Shown: in pieces, positions 11,436 through 23,762 of the stretch
How the letters are laid out: each line of letters opens with the position of its first letter
How positions within the stretch are numbered: the first letter of the stretch is position 1
From: Octopus sinensis
Lineage: Eukaryota
Length of the DNA: 64,000 bases
Direction of reading: 5' to 3'
NCBI RefSeq assembly: GCF_006345805.1
Contig: NC_042997.1
Coordinates: forward strand, 36,828,001-36,892,000
Program-made: the position numbers and the translations under genes
Notes under the pieces: generated by a model
What the model saw: only the letters and a program-made list of their open reading frames with translations
Database searches by the model: none
Told to the model about the DNA's origin: nothing

Positions 11436-14400
11436 TTAATAATATTTATTTTTTGTTCCTATGAATATTAGTGGCTTTAGTATCATTATTAGTGGTAGTT
11501 GTTCTTGTTGCCCCATATTTCATTCATATACAGCCGGAGATGAATTACTTTTTTGTAATTAATATAATTACATTTAAGACTAGACAGCTACTAATAAATT
11601 AAATTAGATCTGGAGACTGTGGCATAATGCATGATGAAAGAAACAGTAATAGGAAAAAGAAGGGGAAATATATACACAAATAAACAAAAAGACAAGGAAA
11701 AAATTGTGATTGAAATATTCGATTAATAAGAGTACCAGAAATGTGGGAAAATTAAGTTAAAGTGTCTGAAATATTAGCATATTTGTTGAACAAGGTTTGA
11801 GGCGTAGTTTGAATAGCACCTCTGGAGATTCGGTATCAAGTGTCAATCCCTTATGGGACATGCTGAATGAGATTGAGACGTCTGAAATAGACACAAAATA
11901 CTGCTACAATAGTTGATTAATGATTGTTGAAATACCTCCGAGCCCCGAAGATAAATCAATAAATTCGTACTTAGAGAAACATCATTTTACGTTCAGACAA
12001 ATAGACATTTATACACGAATTTTCAGCGATATTATGTGCTTTAATATTAGTAATAATCTTCAAAATATTTTCGTCTCTCTCTTTGTCTGTTTGATTCTCG
12101 CTGTTTCACCCTCTCAGTTTTTTTTTATATATAGCTTTATCACATTTCCTCTATATCTGTTTTTATGTTCCTTACTTATAGGAACACTCATTTATTTATT
12201 AGAAAGAAGTATGAGAATATGTTATGCGCATAATGTTCTAAAAAGAAATAATTACAATGAGTACCTTTCAAATATGAAACGAAAAAATATATTTGTCAAT
12301 ACTTTACAAGAAATCTCCTCGAAGCTAGATTGCTGTAAATATTATTTTTACAACTGTGCTACTATATATAATTATCTATGTATGCATACATTAATGTGAG
12401 CATAAGTATGCATACATGACATGCTTGTATGCATATATTTATTCATGTGAGATATTAATTTAATTAATTAATATTATAAAGAAAGATTTAATTTTAAAAA
12501 TTGCTTCATTACTGGATATTAGGAAATTATTGCAGTGACGTTTCAAAAGAGTTGCAGATTTTTACTGTTCTGACTGCTCACAATGTATAGTCGAGAAGCA
12601 TTTGTTAACTGTACACTTGTTTTTCTGAGATTACTATATAGACATATAACACACCCAAGTCTGCAAATAAAGATATACAAAGGAGTGACTTTACAACTTG
12701 TGTAAGGAACTCGTATGTCTTAAAACAGTTATTCACTGAGTTCATGAGAAATATTCACGTGCTCTGCAGTTGAACTATGCATAGTATTGTTTTTGATATG
12801 TATCCATAAAAAAATTGTTACGGGCGTACTTAGTAGCACTGTCGGGGAGTATGTTCTTTCAACGTTCTTTGTCTTGCATACGTTTTCAGAAACAGGAATA
12901 TTGTGTATATTTATACAAATTTATTTTTCCTAGTATACATCTAATCACAACTTAATTCAGCAATGGCATTAACAACACTAACAAGTGAATTTGATACACT
13001 TTAGTTTTTATCTAACAGCTACACGAAGCATGTAAAATATAACACATTGCGATTTCACGGTTTTTACGTTTTAGTTGCTATGGAGTTTGATAGTTTGTGC
13101 ACGAATCCTAAAATATCAGCTTTTAAACTGACATCCTCAATGTCAATACATGCTTGAAGACATGTTAAAAATATGGATATGGAGCATAATTCTAATTATG
13201 TTCCTAGGAATTCCACAAAAATCATAAAGTCTTACTTCTAAACGTAGTATGCCTGTGGAAATCGAAATCAAAATTGATTCGTAACTAGTCTCTTTTTTCT
13301 CTGATTCTTTTTCTACCTGTTATTACCAGTTGCAATATAAAGAAATGTGTATCATTCATTTTGAGGATTCTATTTTTTATAAGTGTCTGTTACTGCAGTT
13401 GCTTTGGGCTTTTCGCTTTTTCAACTGCGTCTCATATGTCTGCACTTCCTTAAAAGTTGTCCTGTTGCAAACAACTACGGCACAGTTGTATTTAACTTTG
13501 TAGTTGGAATTCGAAAATCCGTGAAAGCAATGCGTTAATCGAGACAACCTACAACTACGAAGGATGGATTGGTGCGGCCAATTACTTCATATACATGCCA
13601 GTTCTGTACCATTCCACTTGAGCAATAATTAGTCAATAGAAATCGAATTGCATTTATTTTTTCAACATAGAGACATCCCTTTATTGAGTGAAGTAGTTTT
13701 AATGAAGCTGAGAGTACGTTTCAATCTATGGATTCAAAAATTTATTTTGGTAGTGAAGAAATTGATGCAAAGGATCCAGATTTTATGATTAGTCTAAAAA
13801 ATGAAGACAGGACCCTGTTAAGTCTAACACAGAAACGTGGTCCCTTTCAATTTCAAAATCGATTGGATTGAGTCAAATTTACAATTGAAATTGTCAAACA
13901 CCTTCGTGAGGTAGAAAGGAAAAGCTTTATTCATTGATGAGCCTGTTAGGAAAGGTGACATCACTTACAAAACAACATTTGAGAAACTTAGATTCATATC
14001 TTAAACTCAATATTTTTTAAACATTCTAATGCAAAAAAATAACATTCACATATTTATAGAATAAAGATATGAAGCCCATCTATATTTCGAAATTCAATAG
14101 AATATGGTCTATTAAAGTTACATTGAAGTAACATCCTCATCTCTATGCAGCTGCCAATATTTTAACTGTGACTTCCACCTTAAAAGAACGGCAAATAAAA
14201 GATGTATCTCTGTATAGTAAAAATATGCAGCTTCACGTCCCGTTGTGCTCCTAAAACATATATGCAGTTAGATACTCACGGCTGTGTACCTCCTAAATTT
14301 GGCATAATAATATCTTGCTATGGCGGAATACAAACCTCCAACCATCACTAAAGCCTGCCTGAAATTCAGCAGCAATATGAGTGTATAAAAAATCACCACT

Positions 14401-16020
14401 GATTTCTTGGAGCGGATAGCGTAATGCAAATCTTCCCAGGGTCAAAACATCTGATATCTTACTGGCTTTTGGTTCAATATGCTTGACCTGGCATATATTA
14501 ATGCGCCATATTTATAACATGACGAGAAAAACTCACCCACGTTACAAAACAGCTTCTGCTGGAGTTATCAAAGATTTTGTTGCTGAATGCCAGTAAAGCG
14601 AAATGTGTCTGTTATCTCCAAAAGCGACAATGACCACATTACCAGTTAGGTAAATGTACGAATAAAATATTAAGCTTTATTTCATTTATAGGAGATGAAT
14701 TGCGTTGTAGTAATGCTGCATGATCAACACAAGTCAAATAAAATGCATAGATAGAGGTTGTCTTAATACTTGCTTTGTTTGTAACGTGAGTTCAGAATAC
14801 ATTTCATGTTTGATTACGTGAGTAGATTTTTTTTCGTTGAAATGCTTGCTTAAATAAGTAGGAATGATGGAAACAGATAGCAAAATATAAAAGAAGTTAG
14901 AATAAATGCTTCTATGGTGCTGGTGGATTAAATGACATGTGGTTAATATTGTTACGCAGAAACTGATATAATCTATTGAATATAATTTTTTAAAAAAGAT
15001 TCAATTTGCGTTTTGGAATTGTTAATTTATCTTCAAGAATTCGGAATGTAGAAACTTCAAAGGTTTTTGTAAAACATTTTCTTCAAATATTAATCTATAT
15101 TGATCATATTATTCAAATCGTGTTCATTTATTAAGATGCATGTGGCTGATGTTCTCGTGTGTGACTTGTTAGACATCTGAACTATGAAAGTCGAGACATT
15201 GCATTACGACTTTTCCGTTACATTCCAGACAGCCGTATACACGTAAGACGTGATAATAAAATACCTGTTATTACATATTTTCCAATGTTTCCCAGAAATA
15301 CCATTTATAAATTTTATACCAGAGTGGATGATTTGTTTAAAAATCAAAACTTTTCCAAGTGGGTTTATTATTTAATGATAGTTTAGGTAACTTTCAAACG
15401 AACGATTCAATTGCTTTCACTTTTTATATATTCTAAAATCTCTCTCTGGCCCGATTCCTAAGACGATATGTAAGGGTTGAGTGAAACATTCCTATAGTTA
15501 TCGGAATTTGTTTCCATTTTTATTGCATTTTCCTCCATTCGTTTTTGACCTGTCTGGAGAATGCCGATTACCAAAATAGAGACTGGAATATTTATTACTA
15601 TCTTTGGCAGATGCTATTAGGGCATCGGAGGATTCTTATTGTCGAAATTATATAGTGACATGGTTAAATGTGTAGCTAATGATCGGCTCAATAGATTTAA
15701 ACGCTTCACATAACTGGCAGAATGACTGCCATGGAATTTATTGCTCTCATTGTTTTTTATGTTAGTCGTTAATCTGAAACAGAACTTTCCTGAGTAAAAA
15801 GTATTATTGTGTAAACAGGTATGAATAAGGTTAAATTATTGACCAAAATGTTTCTTTTTATTTGTAACAGTAAACATACAGATGTATGCTTAAGAACTTC
15901 AGCACGATTTCAGCGGAAAACTTGCATTTGTAATATGTACTAACCTTCCCACTATGCAACATTACAATTTTCTGTTATAAATAAGGGGAGAGACACATCC
16001 ACAATATATATATACATATA

Positions 16021-16050
16021 CAGTGGCGGCCAAAATGTTGAGAACGACAT
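16021..16050 (+). mobile_element. Possible orphan Tc1-like terminal inverted repeat
   Basis: TA followed by CAGTGGCGGCCAAAA resembles the Tc1 terminus CAGTGCTGGCCAAAA; no partner end found. Confidence 0.3.
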
Positions 16051-16609
16051 TGTTTTCATCATAAAAGTAGGTATAAGTTTTTATACCGTTAAAATATGTG
16101 TTTACTAGATAACCCAAGTGGGTGGAAGGGGAGAGAGCAGGAATCTTCGCTTGCGCATTTTGAATTTGTTAGTACTGGTAGTCTGAGCGTGTTCATCTGA
16201 GGTGATACGTCGCCGAAGGGTATGTTCTTCCTTTTTGTGCTTCCAAATCCAAATTAAGAAACGTTGAGCTGACGAAAGAAATGCTGAGCTTATTTGGCTA
16301 ATCTAGAAACGTTAACGTTCTCAAATGATCTTTGTACTTGTGATATTTTTCTGTTTTTACCTCCATACCTTCGTGAGTTATTTATGAGTAAACATTATCT
16401 GACAGAAATGTTCTTAAAGTGGTGGAAATGGCTAAAAAACCTTTTGGCTGCTACTTCTAGAAAGTTCAGTATGTGGCAAAGTAATTTACTTTACTAAGCC
16501 CTAATTATATATAATATAATATTTTGAATTCGCCTTAAATGGTCCTTTTACATACTGAACACTACTTGGTGAAATTGATTAATAACTAATTAATTTTACC
16601 CTCAATTGT

Positions 16610-16657
<48 letters not shown>

Positions 16658-16661
<4 letters not shown>

Positions 16662-17223
16662 ACGTCACCAGAAAGGCTTGACACCATCACGGCGTCCTCT
16701 ATCCTGCTTCGGTGGATGATCTCCCTTTGCAGGATAAAGGACGCCGTGATGGTGTCAAGCCTTTCTAGTGACGTTGATGTTCGCCTGGGGCTAAATGCAA
16801 CAGTAACACCCCCACCGCCCTGCCCTGTCCCTAGCCACATTCAAATGGCTAATGTCCCTTTTGTTATGGAGCAGTTACTGTCTATATCTCGTTTAGAGAA
16901 TTATTATTGCTGTCGAACAGATTTTCGAAATCAGTAAATGTATTTACGTGAAAATATTTATATAAATATCCTGCACAGAGAGTCGTTCGTCGAAGGGCGG
17001 TGCCTACCATACGTTGACGAGAGGCAAACACCTCGAAACCTGGGTCCGTATGTGGCTTCCGCTTCTTCGGTGGGTGATCTCCCTTTGCAGGATAGAGGAC
17101 GCCGTGATGGTATCAAGCCTTTCTGGTGACGTTGAATGTTCGCCTGGGGCTAAATGCAACAATAACACCCCCACCGCCCTGCCCTGTCCCTAGCCACATT
17201 CAAATGGCTAATGTCCCTTTTGT
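16658..17223 (+). mobile_element. Retrozyme-like non-coding element: 1.4 tandem copies of a ~359-bp unit with a 50-bp 5' inversion
   Basis: 16707-16864 repeats at 17065-17223; a hammerhead lies at the unit junction; flanked by (TA)n and a ~36-bp direct repeat (16573-16610, 17405-17439). Confidence 0.65.
16991..17069 (+). ncRNA. Extended type I hammerhead ribozyme (C3U core variant)
   Basis: CATACG-TTGACGA-GAGG(CAAACA)CCTC-GAAA-CCTGGG-TC-CGTATG; stem I extends via internal loops (GCC/GGC, GCGG/CCGC, CGAAG/CTTCG); cut after GUC at 17046. Confidence 0.8.
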
Positions 17224-17305
17224 ATATATATATATATATAATATATATATAATATATATATACATATATATATATATATACATATATATATTATATACAT
17301 ATATA

Positions 17306-17336
<31 letters not shown>

Positions 17337-17346
17337 CATATATATA

Positions 17347-17405
<59 letters not shown>

Positions 17406-17444
17406 ATTGATTAATTAATTAATTCTACCCTCAATTGTTAAAAT

Positions 17445-17541
<97 letters not shown>

Positions 17542-18054
17542 GCCCCCGCATGCACACACATACCCTATGAATACCCACTGCCGAGAATGCAATTAACCAG
17601 AATGATGAAATGTATGTAAGAAACAAACTTATTACTGTTATTATATTTCTTTTATTTCTTCTGTATATCGCAAAATATTCATACTGATAATTAGGATAGT
17701 AACCATACCATTTTTTGTGAAAGGATGTTGGATGCAGATGCTCTAGGAGGAGTTGTATACTCACCAGCTGCAGTCTTATATTTTACAGTTCGGAAGAAGA
17801 CATTAAGATCAGAAAAGACAAGCATTGACAGCCAGTCACAAACTGAGGAAGGTCTGGAGGTGAAAATTGCCAAGGAAATTCAATGCAGCTGTCGAATCAG
17901 TTTTATTATATGGCAGTGAAACACGAACAATGACACAAAAATTATCAAACGGTCTAAATCGATGCAACACAGGGATACTACAAAATGACTGCAACATATG
18001 AAAAATGCATGCTTTTATGGAAACTTACCGCAGGTTAGCGACTGTATGAGTCAA

Positions 18055-18468
18055 AGGCGGCGAACTGGCAGAAACATTAGCACGCCGGGCGAAATGCTTA
18101 GCGGTATTTCGTCTGCATTACATTGTGAGTTCAAATTCCGCCGAGGTCGACTTTGCCTTTCATCCTTTCGGGGTCGATAAATTAAGTACCAGTTACGCAG
18201 TGGGGTCGATGTAATCGACTTAATACCTATGTCTGTCCTTGTTTGTCCGCTCTGTGTTTAGTCCCTTGTGGGTAATAAAGAAATATGTATTTCGTCTGCC
18301 GTTACGTTCTGAGTTCAAATTCCGCCGAGGTCGACTTTGCCTTTCATCCATTCGGGGTCGATAAATTAGGTACCAGTTACGCACTGGGGTCGATGTAATC
18401 GACTTATCCGCTTGTCTGTCCTTGTTTGTACCCTCTATGTTTAGCCTCTTGTGGGTATTAAAGAAATA
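18055..18468 (+). mobile_element. tRNA-derived SINE (family B, gcctttcatcc.ttcggggtcgataa core) with duplicated body and TSD
   Basis: Head aggcggcga.ctggcagaa, B-box gagttcaaattcc, body repeated at ~185-bp period, 17-bp direct repeat gactgtatgagtcaaag at 18040-18056 and 18469-18485. Confidence 0.85.
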
Positions 18469-18746
18469 GACTGTATGAGTCAAAGAGAGCTGCGACTATC
18501 TGGTCTCTGCGTGCACCACACTGAGATGGAAGCAGCCAATTTAGTCTTGTGGAACCCAATTTAAAGTGCTGTAGGAAAACGTCGACACACGTACAACGAA
18601 AATTCCATGGCATATATTGGTCTAGAATATATCAAGAACATACAGGCAATGGCGATGAATTGTGAAATGTGGCAGGTGGTCATTGTTACTTCGGCGCGGT
18701 TTGGATGATAATAATAATAATGATAATAATAATAATAACAATAATG

Positions 18747-18782
<36 letters not shown>

Positions 18783-18801
18783 TAATAATAATAATAACAA
18801 T

Positions 18802-19398
18802 GATGCAGTACCAGGCAGTGGCGATGCCCTGATGCAGTACCAGGCAGTGGTTCTCGTGGCTTCTGATCTTAACAGATTGGAAGTGTTATCATGTACATTG
18901 TTTTGTCTTGGTATAAAAGATGGGCTACAGCAAATATTCTGCTCAATACCACAGCTTTGCTTGTCAGTTGTTTGACCTTAACCAGTTGAGCATGTCCCTT
19001 AGTGGCTGACGATATGTGCATCTCTGATCACGAGCAGAAGTAGTGGGGGAGTATCATAGCCATGTGTTGAGAGGGATTCTTTGGGGTTTCAATAATTCAC
19101 TTCTGGAAACATGGGTGTTTCGTTCAACATCCTTAAACACCCCTTATTCAGAGACCTTTTGAGCGGGATGGGTTATTCGACCAGAAGAATATTCTAACTG
19201 GACCCCACTTGGAAGGTCATGTGCTGTTTATCTTGATATGAGATCACCATGTCACGCATATATGGTTGTGATGCATGTGCCTAGTGTACCCTTATCAGAT
19301 GAGTTGTCACGATAGGTATACAGGGCTTCGTATACCTTATCCCAGTGTCACCTTGATGGCATGCGCTGCTCTGTCACTCAATGATAATAATAATAATA
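18802..19398 (+). mobile_element. ~600-bp non-coding interspersed element embedded in (TAA)n
   Basis: Colinear second copy at 31951-32543; both bounded by AAT repeats. Orientation is a guess from the (AAT)n tail. Confidence 0.8.
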
Positions 19399-19937
19399 GA
19401 TTTGTAGAAGACACATGAACATCTTATATGTGCATTCTTTTAAAATCTTGTTGTAATTATTTGGAACTCTGCTTCTCAGGAAATAAGTTTTATTTCTACA
19501 AAGAGAGAAAGGAAAAGAAGCGAAAAGAATCTTTAGTAGAATTGGAATTTAGATCACGACATATGCGAAGAATTACATGGTTAATTTCAAAATAAACTCG
19601 CATAATTTTATTGCTGCGCGTAGAAGTCTGATTGCTGGTCACATGCTCTGTCTGAAACCCACAGCTTTAAAAGATTATTCTCGAGACATTTAGCGACATA
19701 AACACAGGTATCAATAAATATGGATACTAAAGTATTTTTATAGTCTGGCTGCAGAAGCTAAAAGTTCGATACAGTTGTCGATAAATGTTGTCGTATTGAT
19801 TTTGATACAAATCTTCATATGTCCATGAGAACAAACGAGTATAACTTTGCATACATTTCTCTTTCCCATCTCAAATAACATAAATAGAGCTTTTATGTTA
19901 ATTTTGCATATATGCACTTATATCAATATCTATAACT

Positions 19938-19949
19938 GTCTATCTATCA

Positions 19950-20042
<93 letters not shown>

Positions 20043-20140
20043 ACTATCTATCTATCTATTAGTCTATCTATCTATCTATCTATCTCTCTCTCTCTATCTA
20101 ACTATCTATCTATCTATCTATCTATATATATATATATATA

Positions 20141-20194
<54 letters not shown>

Positions 20195-20208
20195 CCTATC
20201 TATCTATC

Positions 20209-20230
<22 letters not shown>
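19938..20230. repeat. (CTAT)n + (TA)n microsatellite
   Basis: Direct reading. Confidence 0.95.
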
Positions 20231-20249
<19 letters not shown>

Positions 20250-20781
20250 CTTCACACACACATACATTGATATATGTGTGTGTGTACACATATATTGGTT
20301 ACCAAGTTTTCCAATGGTTTCAGGTAATTGAAATCTCATAACAAGTATCAAGCCTGCCTTACGAGAGCATTGGTCCTAATCTCACTATTGGATAAGGTTA
20401 TTCCTAGTTACACTAGGTTCTACGGGATTTGAGGATGAATAAATAAATACATAAACCATGGCAGGACACTTTTAAGAAAATATCTCTCGTTGTCTCCTTG
20501 AAATAAACAATGGCATTTTTCAAGCGAAATGTGTTCATCATAGATTGATTTAATCCCTCATCATTTCATGTAAAAACGCTCGAGCACTTCAAAGTTTGTA
20601 ACTATAAAGACGTATGTGCACATGCACATCCATAAAAAATAATGCTTACACACAAACGAACATAAGTACACACATTAACACATACACACAAGCAATCTCA
20701 CGCACGCATATACATATATATATATATAAATGAATAAATAAATAAATGGTGTTGAACGAAGGTGTTAATAAATTTCTTTTA

Positions 20782-20863
20782 CTTTCGACATATGTTTCGA
20801 AGACAACATGGTTTTATTCCAACGGAATAAACGGTGTAAAATGCAATCTTCTCATCAGGAAAG
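20782..20863 (-). ncRNA. Type I hammerhead ribozyme
   Basis: CTTTC-CTGATGA-GAAGA...TCTTC-GAAA-CATATG-TC-GAAAG; palindromic stem III ACATATGT, GUC triplet. Confidence 0.85.
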
Positions 20864-21281
20864 AAAGAGAGACTCTCTCAACAACAAGACATTATAACAA
20901 TTACGATGACTACCTACATGATAAACAGAACGTTATTATGTATTTAAAAAAACGTTAGCAGAATTGACGTCAAAGGCAGATAGTAGGAAGATAAGGGTTA
21001 AAGGAATAATAAGTAGAGAACAAATAGAGAGTGATACGTTGATTAAAAAATGTTCAAAGGCTTAGAAATAGACTTCTCCCACTTATATGAGTAAAATGTA
21101 TGTTTCTGTCAGTGTTTACGTTTGCACGATCGCTCTATATTTGTTCTCTACTTATCATTCCTTTAACCCTTCACTTCCTAATATCTAACGGGTTTTTTAA
21201 ACTACTTAATAACGTTCTGTTTATCATGTAGGCAGTCATCGTAATTGTTATAATGTCTTGTTGTTGAGAGAGGCTCTCTTT

Positions 21282-21363
21282 CTTTTCTGATGAGAAGATT
21301 GCATTTTACACCGTTTATTCCTTTGGAATAAAACCATGTTGTCTTCGAAACATATGTCGAAAG
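21282..21363 (+). ncRNA. Type I hammerhead ribozyme
   Basis: CTTTT-CTGATGA-GAAGA...TCTTC-GAAA-CATATG-TC-GAAAG; cut after C21358. Confidence 0.82.
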
Positions 21364-21995
21364 TAAAAGAAATTTATTAACACCTTCGTTCAACTCCATT
21401 TATTTATTTATTTATTCATTTATAACGCAAAAATTACTGCATGTTAACCCGGAGTTTCTACCTTTGGATAGGTCGCTTCAACCGTGTTTCTGACGTGAAT
21501 TTGCTATCCTGGTAACGCTTCATTGAATTTTCCTTGTTAACGGTAAACATAGGTTAATTCATTCACCCATTGAAATATATATATATATATATATAAAAGA
21601 AGTTTGAAAAAGCCACTATATAAAATAAATTTTAGGTTTCTTAGAAATTTTACATGTTTCGGTTCTTCTGGAAAAAACAAACCATATCAAAAATATTTTA
21701 AAAAGTGTACTAAAAAAGTTCATAATTGTTTCTTACTGGTCTCAACAAAATACACGTGGTGGGTTTTTGTGGGGAGTAAGCATAATAGCTGTCTTATGTG
21801 TTCGAATAGAACTAAGGTAATGATCAGTGGCTGAAATGACAGTTGCAGCAGTGACTGTGAAAACCGGTTAGAGTTAATATTAAAAAAAAAAAAGAAATTA
21901 GGTTCCATACGCGCATTTTCATTAAAATTTACCTTCAATTTAGCATTCTGCCTTTTTATAACTTTTCCTTGCCTATATATATATATATATATATC

Positions 21996-22094
<99 letters not shown>

Positions 22095-22110
22095 TGTAAT
22101 ATATATATAT

Positions 22111-22173
<63 letters not shown>

Positions 22174-22229
22174 TAGTGAATGAAATAAATGGAGTTGAAC
22201 GAAGATTGTACAGAATACCTTTTATTACA

Positions 22230-22309
22230 TTCTACACATGTTTCGAAGGCCACAAATTTCCAAATTCTTTTTAAATAAGGGTACCATATTGCGGCTTTCT
22301 CTTCAGGAA
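22230..22309 (-). ncRNA. Type I hammerhead motif in a PLE-type terminal repeat (repeat about 22175-22330)
   Basis: TTC-CTGAAGA-GAAAGCCGCAA...TTGTGGCCTTC-GAAA-CATGTG-TA-GAA; tail taaatggagttgaacgaag shared with the 20724 family. Confidence 0.65.
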
Positions 22310-23147
22310 AAAAACAGGAATTCCGTTGACAGGACAAAACAAAACAGAGGCACAGCGATTCGAACGAAGATGCTCCTTAGGAGCCCATGGCTGAACTGTT
22401 TATCAATGTACGTTGAAATCGGGGATGTGGTGCGTTGAAGATATCTACAGGTCAGGCGGCGGTCAGATCTAGTCGGTGGAAGCAAGGGGTGTGGGGATGC
22501 TCTGTGTGACCAACGCTAATGTTCTGAAAAATTTAAGAATACTGGGTGTATTTTTGGGGGCGAGACAAAAGCCTCCTATAAGCATGTATGCAACTCGTTA
22601 GTGCATGACCTCTCGAACAACGCTGACTGATGCTGCGCTTGCGCAGTGAATCTGAAAATTTATAATGTATAACGAAGAGATACGTGTTAATCGTCTCTTA
22701 GTTATATGTTCGTATTATGGCACGGTCACTGATGAAAAATTTCGCCTTTCAAATTATTCTATTTGCTAAAAAAATTTAGAAACCTATATCTGACCGGAAT
22801 AAAATAACAAGGTTGCTCTTAAATATGATTTTGGTCGTTTTGACTACTTCTAGCGTGTAAAAACTGCCTGTTGGAGGCAGTTTTGTATTGTGTTTAAACG
22901 TACACTATGTTATATTGAGAATGTGTTGTCTATTGACTTTCTATTCATGCGAAGCTATTGGTGGTGACATTTCGAAAAAAACTCACTACCCTATATATAT
23001 TTTACCTATATGTTTTTAACAAATTTTAAAAGATTATTTCACCAGTCATTCATTCAATGCCGACTGATACTGTACTTGTGCGGTGAATTTGAAAAATTAT
23101 ATCGTTTAGCGAAGAGACGCATGTTAATCGTCTCTTAATTATATATA

Positions 23148-23191
<44 letters not shown>

Positions 23192-23193
<2 letters not shown>

Positions 23194-23358
23194 CCACTAT
23201 ACACATTTTTTCTCTCCTTGTTTCTTCTGTGTTCCTTTCAGTGGAAGAGCATAGGCGCGAAACGTTAGAGACTTGTTCAATTCCCGAGCGCCTTATACTA
23301 GTACATCTGCTTGTTTTCTACACCATGTGGCTTCGTCCTTTGTTTTTTCGTGAATCCT

Positions 23359-23365
<7 letters not shown>
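23192..23365 (+). mobile_element. Solo PLE terminal repeat (same family as 5525-5760), decayed hammerhead at 23235-23272
   Basis: ctttcagtggaagagcataggcgcgaaacgttagagac...ttcgtc..ttg.tt.tt.c.tgaa matches the reverse complement of 5540-5700. Confidence 0.75.
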
Positions 23366-23414
<49 letters not shown>

Positions 23415-23431
23415 CATATTTATGTAAGTAG

Positions 23432-23762
<331 letters not shown>

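Larger units (their letters stand above)
20724..21424. mobile_element. Inverted pair of ~300-bp PLE-type terminal repeats, each with a hammerhead
   Basis: 20724-21036 is the reverse complement of 21127-21424 (one ~20-bp indel); the mirrored ORFs 20746+ and 21202- in the track show the same thing. Confidence 0.85.

Noticed and set aside
11920-12399. 159-aa ORF with a hydrophobic, M4-like segment
   Set aside because: Hydrophobicity tracks a T/C-rich low-complexity stretch and the spacing to upstream motifs does not fit a receptor; no recognisable family.
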